Of a stretch of 64,000 nt of DNA, positions 55,064-64,000 are shown piece after piece (the first letter of the stretch is position 1; every line of letters begins with the position of its first letter). The stretch lies in contig JAANOX010000237.1 in assembly GCA_020184695.1 (NCBI GenBank), positions 1 to 64,000 of the forward strand, read 5' to 3'. The position numbers and the translations under genes are program-made. The stretch comes from Histomonas meleagridis 2922-C6/04-290x (Eukaryota; Protista; Parabasalia). The notes below the pieces were generated by a model. It made no database searches. It was not told the DNA's origin and worked only from the letters and a program-made list of their open reading frames with translations.

Positions 55064-56461
55064 TTACTTCGCTGCCTCTTCTCTCTGTATGCTTGGAGAC
55101 GACACTGACCTCCTTAGCCACGTTATCCATTTCTCCCTCTCGTCCTTGTTCTTTGCCTTCAAGAAGACCATCCTTATGTCCTTCATTATCTGCGGCGTCT
55201 TCTTCTTGTCGAAGGACACGAACTGCATCTGCTTGTCCTCCACCGTTCTGATTATGAACTCTACGTTCTTTCGATGCGACTCCAAAATTTCGACTTCTGT
55301 CAGCTGTATTGATCCCAAAGGGTCGTCTTTACTTTCTTGCGAATTATCTTTGAAGAAATACAACGACGAGTTCACTAAAACAAAATAATACTTTTTCCAC
55401 TTCGAAAAGATTTTGTCCGTCTTCAGTTTTAATGTGCCGTTGTTCTTCGGAGCGGACATCGCTAAAAACGAATTCGACTTCACCGAAAAATGAAATGGAT
55501 TTCGTTTAAGCGAATCATACATTGTTGTTAGGTCTTCATCACAGACCTCGTTCATGATTTTATAGGAGTTCTTGATGTTGTTGATAAATTGTTGACATGT
55601 CATCCGATGTTGAACATTAGGATTATGAAGATCTGAGTTGAGCATAATTAACGCAAAGGATAATATGTACGGAATCTCGGGGTTGGAGTACGTGTGTGGA
55701 TTAACTGTGAAGTAACAGTTGGAGAACGTTTGGACAAATTGATCAATTCGTTGGGATTCCCCTGGAAGATAGAGAGTGCTACTAAGAGCTCGCCGCATGG
55801 CTTCTACAATGTCAGTGTGAAGATCTAAGCGCTTTAGATATGCTAAAAGAATATCTTGATTATCAACTGTGGTTAAATAGTTCCCAATTTGTTCACCTAA
55901 AAGCCCTGGTACAGTATGGAGAAGTTCAGCAATGTTTTCTGGAGTGGCAGGCTTTTTATAATATTCACATAATTTATTGATATTTTTCTTGGGATTAGAA
56001 TTAAATTGATAGATGGCTTCTACACGTTTGTCCTCTTCGTCAATAGCATGGTTTAGTTCTATAAGATCGAATTCTGATTTGGATTTTGATTTGGTGAGTT
56101 GAAGACATGGTTCTGTATTCGCAGAACGTTTTATGGGATTAACAGTAGATGAACGATTCCTAAGTGGGGGGTTATATGTTTGTGGTAAATCTATACTGGA
56201 TAAACTTACTTGTTTCTTTGGTTTGCGAACATAGTGATATTTTACAACTCGAACTGTTCTACAAATTGTTACTTTCCTTCGGACATGTCTTTTCCCATGA
56301 GCTTCATCTGTTGTTTGCTTTTCGTCTGGGAGAGGTGGTAAATTATTTGAAATTTCAGAATTATTCTTTTCTGATTCTTCTTTTGTTTTTGATATTTCAG
56401 GTTCAGTATTTTCGTGGTTTTCATTATGAGAATTTTGGTTGTTATCTTCTTCTGAATTCAT
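55064..56461 (-). CDS. Sec7 + PH domain ARF-GEF (cytohesin-like)
   Basis: LPGESQRID, YILSFALIMLNSDLHNPNV and a C-terminal PH domain (KWKKYYFVL). Confidence 0.93.
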   Translation of the reverse strand: MNSEEDNNQNSHNENHENTEPEISKTKEESEKNNSEISNNLPPLPDEKQTTDEAHGKRHVRRKVTICRTVRVVKYHYVRKPKKQVSLSSIDLPQTYNPPLRNRSSTVNPIKRSANTEPCLQLTKSKSKSEFDLIELNHAIDEEDKRVEAIYQFNSNPKKNINKLCEYYKKPATPENIAELLHTVPGLLGEQIGNYLTTVDNQDILLAYLKRLDLHTDIVEAMRRALSSTLYLPGESQRIDQFVQTFSNCYFTVNPHTYSNPEIPYILSFALIMLNSDLHNPNVQHRMTCQQFINNIKNSYKIMNEVCDEDLTTMYDSLKRNPFHFSVKSNSFLAMSAPKNNGTLKLKTDKIFSKWKKYYFVLVNSSLYFFKDNSQESKDDPLGSIQLTEVEILESHRKNVEFIIRTVEDKQMQFVSFDKKKTPQIMKDIRMVFLKAKNKDEREKWITWLRRSVSSPSIQREEAAK

Positions 56462-56735
56462 TTAGTTTGCTCCCTTGAAGAAGCAATTTTTTACAAGCCG
56501 CTGATTCCACTTTTTCATAAAAATTAACGGTGAACGTTGATAGTGATCCTTTGTAAAGTTAAGAATTTCCTTTTTTTTCTGTTGAAAAACCTCCCTCTTG
56601 GTCGTTTGTGATCGTATTTAATTGAAATTGCAAAAAGTGGCAAATAGAAGTGATCGTTGAAAAAAAGTCAAATAATAATTTATATTAAAAATTTTACTTC
56701 ATACCCAAAAGAAGGAACTCTACCGTAGGTCCTAT

Positions 56736-57554
56736 TTATTCTTTTTTAACTCCTTCATCAGATCTTATGTCACGTATTTTATCACCTTTAAAAACATTGA
56801 TAATTGCTTTTATGATTTGAGATCCCCAAATCAAATGACATCCATATAATATTATTACCATTGTTCTTCCTATAATATACAAAATCTTATGATGTGGTTG
56901 TTCTGTTTTATCCACAATAACTAAGACCAAAATTATTAATAGGTTAACCAATCTTAAATAAAAGAAAGAAATTGCAAAAATAATCAATGACGTATCGCCA
57001 ATTTTCTTCATGTTAAAGTAAGTTGCAATTTTTCCTGTATATAAAAAAATGTCTACGAAATCATGAAGTACCATAGTTGATATTCCAGCTACTGGGCGAG
57101 CTGCCAATATACATATTATAGTCATTGACAATGTTATTGTATGGTGAATACACATAATGAAAATGTCTTTTGTTGTATGAATCCAGAATACATCACTTAT
57201 GTAATAAGAAGCAAATAAAAAAATATAAATCTTTTGAAATACGCTACAAACAAATTCGCCGGTGCAAATATTATATTTTTGGCAATCCCCAAAGAAAAAA
57301 GCACAATGCGAATATGGTCTTTGAAGAAATGATAAGATGCCAACCATTCCACATATAATATAATGAATACAATCGAAGCCACGATGAATAAACTTATTCC
57401 TATTTTTTTCAGCAACAAATTTTGATAAAGGAGTGAGAAAGTATTTGTTCATAAATATTCTGTATGTGCCATAACATATTGCTGATGCAAAGATATATTT
57501 TATATCTGATAACTTGATTGTCGTTTCTTGTGCTAGATAATTGGATATAATCAT
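56736..57554 (-). CDS. TLC/Lag1 ceramide synthase-like
   Basis: IHHTIT and VLHDFVDIFL Lag1 motif; multiple TM helices. Confidence 0.88.
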   Translation of the reverse strand: MIISNYLAQETTIKLSDIKYIFASAICYGTYRIFMNKYFLTPLSKFVAEKNRNKFIHRGFDCIHYIICGMVGILSFLQRPYSHCAFFFGDCQKYNICTGEFVCSVFQKIYIFLFASYYISDVFWIHTTKDIFIMCIHHTITLSMTIICILAARPVAGISTMVLHDFVDIFLYTGKIATYFNMKKIGDTSLIIFAISFFYLRLVNLLIILVLVIVDKTEQPHHKILYIIGRTMVIILYGCHLIWGSQIIKAIINVFKGDKIRDIRSDEGVKKE

Positions 57555-58353
57555 GGTTTAATATAAAAATGATATGGATTCATGAAGTCACATGACACGG
57601 TGTTATTTAAAATCAAGTAATTTGTGGGCAGTGAAAAGTAAAGGGCTATTTAATTTTGAAAGGAAAATTCTTGCGAGGCAAGCCTTTTCAGCGTTTTTCG
57701 GTGAGACAGAGATTTAATAATCATTTGACTTTTTGATAAATGAACGTTCTCTGTTTTGAATAGATTTTATTCATTATTTAAGATGAAATAATTCTTAATG
57801 CATCATTCTATTATGTAAGAAGAAGATTATGAATGTGTATAAAAAATAAATTAATGATTATATGTTTGGTGTTAAATTTATGAAACATATTTAAAATAAA
57901 AATGTTTTTTTTTATAATTATTTTCACTTTATACGATCCCAAATATAAATTATATTAAAATTTATGTATTCTTTGTATTTCTAAAGTGAATCCTTTCATG
58001 AATAAAATATTCATTTTTTACAAATATCTAATTTTAAATATGAAGGATTTTTAATCAACCAGATTCAACTAAACAATAAGAGCAAATATATTATGTAATT
58101 ATTTGGACAACATTAGTAATAATTCTTACTTAATATGAATCGAGAAACCTAATAAAATATGCTTTGATATCCATCAATTTCAATCTTCTGGATGCCTCCA
58201 CGATCTCGTGTGAATTCAAATTAAGTAATCAAAATTCTATCGTTTTGGTCATGAACGATATCGTTTAAAAAACACAATATTGAAAAGGTTTTGTATTTTG
58301 AATGCGGAATGACCTTTACTTAATTGAAAAATACCTCCAACCAAATCGAAGTA

Positions 58354-59418
58354 ATGATAGGAGGTTCTTTATCACAGACTTTACAAAGAAAAATTTCTGA
58401 ATTTGAACTTTCAGTTGCCAGGCGCCTCGATTTTAGTTCCATGAGGATGGCAGAGGAAACTCTTCGCATTCTTAAAGAATGTGTTGAAGAATCAAAAACA
58501 TCAAATCAAATTGAGCAAAATCTAAACACTGTCGCCAAGCGTCTCCAAAATTCAATCAGTTTCGATATTATTGTTGGTAATTTTTGCAGAAAAGTTATTT
58601 CTTCATTGAATGAAATATTGAACAAGTCAGTGCCATTTTATAACTTTGATCAAATATTTGATGTAAGGAGATCAAATTCTCTAAGTCTCCTTGAATTTTT
58701 TGCGGCACCAGTTGAAAATAAAAAAAACAGTTTTACATCAACAGAGAATTCACTCAAGGTCGACCTACTTGATAGCATTGATCGGATGCTTGATGAGATT
58801 CCCTTACTTTCCAAATGCATTGCAAAATATTCCATGTCAATAATTCATGATGGAGATATCATAATGACAGTTGGAACATCAGCCTCAGTTGAAGCCTTTT
58901 TTGAGAGAGCTGTTGTCAAGGGACGCAAGTTTCATGTCATTTTACCAGAACATGCTCCATCATATGATGGAATTACCATGGCGAAACGTCTTCGAAATAA
59001 GAATATTAACTGTATTACAATACCAGATTCAGCCGTTTTTGCGCTTATGCCTCGGATTACCACTGTTATTTGTCCAGTTCGGGCAGTTTTTGCAGATGGG
59101 ACACTATTAACAACAAATCTTGTTAAAGCTGTTGCACTTGCAGCCAAGTATTATTCGAAGCCATTTGTTGTCCTTTATTGGAAGTGTAAGCTCGCTGACA
59201 GATTTAAAAAGCCTAAAGAATCATTCACGTATTTGGCGTCTCCGAATGATGTTGTTCCACAAGATGATACAATATCACAAACAGTTGGAATTATAAATCC
59301 GGATGGAGAATGTTTTTCATCGCATTCTTTGGTAACGATGCTCGTGAGCGAAGATGGGCCACATGATCCTCATGAAACGTTTTCTCTTGTTCAAAACTTT
59401 TACTCACAGAATGAATAA
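58354..59418 (+). CDS. EIF2B2: Translation initiation factor eIF2B beta subunit
   Basis: IHDGDIIMTVGTS, ITIPDSAVFALMPRITTVI and AVALAAKYYSKPFVV. ATG at 58354. Confidence 0.85.
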   Translation: MIGGSLSQTLQRKISEFELSVARRLDFSSMRMAEETLRILKECVEESKTSNQIEQNLNTVAKRLQNSISFDIIVGNFCRKVISSLNEILNKSVPFYNFDQIFDVRRSNSLSLLEFFAAPVENKKNSFTSTENSLKVDLLDSIDRMLDEIPLLSKCIAKYSMSIIHDGDIIMTVGTSASVEAFFERAVVKGRKFHVILPEHAPSYDGITMAKRLRNKNINCITIPDSAVFALMPRITTVICPVRAVFADGTLLTTNLVKAVALAAKYYSKPFVVLYWKCKLADRFKKPKESFTYLASPNDVVPQDDTISQTVGIINPDGECFSSHSLVTMLVSEDGPHDPHETFSLVQNFYSQNE

Positions 59419-59583
59419 AAATATAAATTTTAAACAGAGTTTTTCATGTAATTTCATTTTGCCATTTCAACAAAGATTTGTCATTTTTTGAGACAATTTG
59501 AATGGTTTATTCCCACTTTTGAATACATCGACATGTATTCCATGGAAAACCGATTTTTACGGTTTATCGTAAGTTGTCTTGCA

Positions 59584-61597
59584 ATGATGACCCAACATCT
59601 GAATGAATGGGAATTAGTTCAATCTATTAAAAATACAATTTTTAGCTTAAATGAAGAAAATATCATTAAATCAGCGAATTCAATAATTGAAAATTATAGT
59701 GTTCACCCACTCTCTTTTAATTTACTTGTTAGCCAAATAGTATACACGTTATATGTCTTGAGAATGAATGATTCTAACTTATATTTAAATTTTATACAAG
59801 AAATAGAAAGAATTGAAAATAATAATTCAAAAATTTTATCTGTATTCATAAATTTTCTTCTAAACAAACAAACGCAAGAATCATATCATCTTCTTGAAGA
59901 CATTATCGAGAATGGTTTAGCTCAACAAGAAATAATTAAAAATAAAAAGATAAAATTTATTCAAACATTATATATCAAAGGAGAAAAATATCAAACAAAA
60001 TTAGATAAAATCATTAAAAATTATAAAGAACTCAAAAAGAATGATAGAGAACTTCATAAAAGACTAATTAAAGAAGGACATAATCCGAATGAAATTGCTA
60101 TAATAATTCGGAATGATGAAATAGAAAAACTTCAAGAAATATCATCTCAAGCAAATTTCGATTTTAATCAAACAATTGAACCATCACTTTATGAAAGATA
60201 TGATTTTATTAATAGGTGGGGTGTATCATTAATTGATTATGCAGCATTTTTTGGATCAGTTCAATGTTTTAAATATTTACTTATGAATGGTGCTAATATA
60301 GAAAACACAGGTAAATATGCAGTTGCAAGTGGAAATTTAGAGATAATTCATTTATGTGAACAAAATCATTCATCATTTAAATATGCATATGAAACAGCAA
60401 TTGAATTCCATCAAAATAATATCTTTAAATATATTTATGAAAATAAATTAGCAAAAATATATGAATTAGAATATTATGGGGAAAAATGTGTTTTATATCA
60501 TAATTATGAAATATTTACATTTTTGATTGAAAATGGAATGAGAATTGATCATCCTGATTATAATATTATTTATGAATTAGCAAGAAACGGAAATTTATAT
60601 CTCGTTAAGTATTTTCTTAAAAATAATAAAGTTCCTGAAGACATAATATTTTTCTCCATTCAATCGCTAAACACAGAACTTGTTCAATTCCTTATTGATG
60701 AAAAAGGAATTGATATAAATGAAAATATTTATTTATTTTTTATGGAAAAAATTTTAGCTATTTGATGTTTAATAATAAAACATTGTAATTATTCACATTA
60801 TTTGAAACGCCACTTATTTTTGCAATAAGAAATGGATATGTAAATATGGTTAAATTACTTCTTGAACAAAAAGGTATAGATATCAATGCAAAGAATTTTT
60901 ATTTGTTTTATTTAATGTTTATTTTCATAATTTAAAATTTCAAAATAATTTTTGGAAATTATTTAATATATTTCAAACGGCACTTATGATTGCATCGAGA
61001 AAAGATAATAAAGAAATAGTTAAATTGCTTCTTGATCAAAAAGGAATTGATGTTAATAATAGAGAAAATGTTCTTTTATTGTAAATCATGCTTGTTTTAA
61101 ATATTTTATATTTCTAAATAATATTTGAAATATATTTGAAATATATGATACAGCACTTATTATTTCAGCTTTAAAAGGTCACACAGAAATCGTTAAATTA
61201 CTTCTTGCACATAAAGGAACCGATATTAATGCCAAAAATATTAAAATATTTTATTTGGGATTCATTTTAATGATTTTATATTTTGAAATTTTATTTAATG
61301 TATGTTAGTAATACTTGAAACAGCACTTATTTGTGCGTCTTTGAATGGTCACACCGACGTAGTTAAATTACTTCTCGAACAAGATGATATTGATATTTAT
61401 ATTGAAACTATTTATTTATATTAATTAGAATTTATTTTATTAATTTAGAAAATCTTAAAAATATTTGGAATTTGTTCAATTTATTTTATCCAGCAATTAC
61501 TTACGCCGCTAATAATGAAATAGAGGAATTACTTAAGCAAAAAGAAATTGATGATAAAGCAAAGAACAAAGCCAACAATTCATCACAATTACCATAA
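59584..61597 (+). CDS. DUF3447-type ankyrin gene, locus 3; five non-canonical inserts
   Basis: Same N-domain as locus 1 (start uncertain: 59533, 59542 or 59584). Inserts at 60727-60806, 60897-60976, 61067-61149, 61240-61319 and 61410-61489; four stop-free 90-nt modules; final module ends TAAA at 61595. Confidence 0.75.
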
Positions 61598-61682
61598 AAA
61601 TCCTATTTAAGAAATTTAGGTAATGTTAATGATTGAACAAATGAATTTATACACATAAAAAATTGATATAAAAATGTTTCAT

Positions 61683-62318
61683 TTACTTTTTCTTTTTCTT
61701 GAGCTTTACAATTTCAGGAATTTTTACACTTACTGGTTTTCCATGAAAAATATCCTTTTCTTTTGAAGGTCCAAATGATTTCTCCACATCAAAAAAATCT
61801 GGATCAAAACTATCATCATTTTTAACTTTCCGAACAAGTTGGTTTTGCGTATATTTTGTATGAGTTGTTTGAATAACAATAGGAGAACCAAGTTTCATCT
61901 CATTATAAATAGAATCATTTTCATAAAATGCAGGACTTGGCTGATAATATATTTGCATCTCAGTCATAGGTTGGAATATAGAATCTGAAAACATTTGATG
62001 TGTATTTTGAACAAATGTATCAAAATTTCCTCCGAAATCATTTAATTTTTTGTTTAAATTATCAATTTTGTCAATTTGGTCCTTGAGAGTTTTAGAAAAC
62101 ATCAAAGAAAATTTTGTAATTTCATCTCTAAGCTCATCGTACATATTTGAAATTGCCTTTTGATATGAATCGAGATTATTTCGTGGATTTTGTGTGAATT
62201 TTTTTTCCATATTATTTCCCTCATTTTTTATTTTGTTCTCTATATTGTTTAAAGATTGAAAACAGGCTTCAATCTTATTTTCATTTGTTGTCGATTTTTT
62301 CATATGATAACAATTCAA
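61683..62318 (-). CDS. Hypothetical protein with coiled-coil N-half
   Basis: 211-aa ORF; true start may be internal (MEKKF). Confidence 0.55.
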   Translation of the reverse strand: MNCYHMKKSTTNENKIEACFQSLNNIENKIKNEGNNMEKKFTQNPRNNLDSYQKAISNMYDELRDEITKFSLMFSKTLKDQIDKIDNLNKKLNDFGGNFDTFVQNTHQMFSDSIFQPMTEMQIYYQPSPAFYENDSIYNEMKLGSPIVIQTTHTKYTQNQLVRKVKNDDSFDPDFFDVEKSFGPSKEKDIFHGKPVSVKIPEIVKLKKKKK

Positions 62319-62892
62319 ATAAAAATTTTATGTAAAGGTTAACAATGAATTTTATTGTGCTTTTAGGTAAAATTATATTTGTTACAGAAAAGCATTAAGT
62401 TGCTGTTTGGAAGCAGTTTACTTCAGTTTCTTTGTGTTAAAAGGTTAAAAGTCGTTCGACAAAAATATTGCAACACCAACTATTAAGTCAAAAGTTCAAT
62501 TAGAGGTAACATATAATAACTTAAAAAATATTAAAAATTATTAATACTGCAAAATGATTTATAATAATTAACTTCACAACAAATATTAAATAATTTTTAA
62601 AATTACTTTACAATTATTAATATTGATATGTAAAGATTTTTTGTTCTTCGAAGAAAAATTAATTCTTACTCAAAAATAGAGCATAAAATTGAAAATTTTA
62701 ACAATAAAATTAAAAAAATTAAAAGAATAAAATATGATATTTGATTATTTTTTGTAAAAAAATATTAATAACCATTATTTTGTCATGAAATTATTTTGCA
62801 ATGAAAATATTTTTGTCACTGTATTTTTTGTAACATTTGATAGCAAATGAAAAAAGAAAATGTGTAATAACATTCATGCGGTGTATCTATAA

Positions 62893-64000
62893 ATGTTATG
62901 GCAATTAATTAAATTTCGTATCACATGTCACAAACATATCCAAATTCTGAATTTACAATTCAGCTGCGAGCATTCCCAAGAAATACCACCATACTTTATA
63001 CAGATTGCACAAGTGGAACCATGTGGTGCTTATAATGTCGCAGTGCTAAAAAATGACTCACAGAAAATAGCAACTTATTGCATTTTTTCAAATGATATAG
63101 AATCCAAGACAGCCTTTATTAACAAGGCATTACCAATAGGCCAATTTGTTGATGTTGATCTAAAATTTATTGATCCATTGACATCAGTATCAAGACTTTT
63201 GATAAATCCAAAATATAAAGAAGCTATGATTGGTTTACCAATAATACCAAACACAGATGTTTTCTTCAATTTTCACGGAAGAATAATTTCACGCCATATT
63301 AATTCGATAGAAACTGGATTTGTTTCAAGTTCAACAATTTTTTCTAAATATGACAAAATAAAAATAGATGAAATCACCAGTTTACCAACAAGTCCACACA
63401 TTTCCAATAGAATAATTCGTATGGCTAAAAATCGTTCAATTATTTCATCAAAAGAAATATTAATTGTTGGGGGAAATGGCTCTGGAAAAAGCCACTTAGT
63501 CAAATATATGGAGCATCATGTTGAGGGGTGCATGCGTCTCGATCTTCTTCGAATGATATCTGATTATGAAACAGGCAAAAGCGAATATATCGATTCAATT
63601 CTATCAATGGAAGATGGGATCCTTCTCATAGATGACATATGTATCCTCTCTAAACAAGGCGCTGTTTATCTTTCTGATAAACTTTCAACTCTTGCTGATA
63701 AACCAGTACTTGTCATTGCAACATCTAGAGTTCCTCCATATTCACTACCGTATGTCATACAACCATTTTTCCAAACTTCTCTTCATATCAATGCATTAAC
63801 ACATAATGAAAGAAGGAGCATAATTAACGAACTTTGTGCCAACATGGACCTTTCCAATGAAAACATTGATTTCATTGTCAAAGAAACATCTGGAGTCACA
63901 CAAGGAGAACTACGAAGTCTTTGTCAACTTGTTCCTTCTATCGTTCCATTTGAAAATCAGAAATTTATTTCTATCGTCAAAACCATAGCAACCTCCGAGA
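62893..64000 (+). CDS. AAA+ ATPase (runs off the window end; absent from the ORF track)
   Basis: Frame is open from ATG 62893 to the window end by manual translation. Walker A ILIVGGNGSGKS (~63469-63492) and Walker B ILLIDD. Confidence 0.8.
   Translation, partial: MLWQLIKFRITCHKHIQILNLQFSCEHSQEIPPYFIQIAQVEPCGAYNVAVLKNDSQKIATYCIFSNDIESKTAFINKALPIGQFVDVDLKFIDPLTSVSRLLINPKYKEAMIGLPIIPNTDVFFNFHGRIISRHINSIETGFVSSSTIFSKYDKIKIDEITSLPTSPHISNRIIRMAKNRSIISSKEILIVGGNGSGKSHLVKYMEHHVEGCMRLDLLRMISDYETGKSEYIDSILSMEDGILLIDDICILSKQGAVYLSDKLSTLADKPVLVIATSRVPPYSLPYVIQPFFQTSLHINALTHNERRSIINELCANMDLSNENIDFIVKETSGVTQGELRSLCQLVPSIVPFENQKFISIVKTIATSE

Overview
AT-rich eukaryotic DNA, most likely a parabasalid protist (trichomonad/Histomonas-like). 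This is inferred from the trichomonad-type histone H3 sequence, the H3/H4 divergent pair, BspA-like LRR surface proteins, DUF3447-type ankyrin genes, genes that appear intronless, and Inr/M3-like promoter motifs. About 35 housekeeping and signalling genes are present, including MetAP2, an Akt-like kinase, eIF6, Rab, ATG7, Sec13-like, Cdc16-like, a Sec7-PH GEF, ceramide synthase, eIF2B-beta and a bacterial-like bifunctional fucokinase. The main discovery is a family of DUF3447-ankyrin genes (three loci) in which each stop-free ankyrin module (all 17 internal ones exactly 90 nt) is preceded by a fixed-length insert. There are 20 inserts: 16 of 80 nt, 2 of 83 nt and 2 of 63 nt. They carry stops, shift the frame and lack GT-AG ends or a trichomonad branch point, which implies non-canonical splicing, translational bypassing or DNA-level excision. 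A second notable structure is an inverted pair of PP2A-B56 genes with complementary lesions that one inversion would repair. Also present are a Merlin/IS1595-like transposon remnant, a 159-bp tandem repeat of a gene 3' end, and a 3'-biased GC/CpG gradient in core genes.
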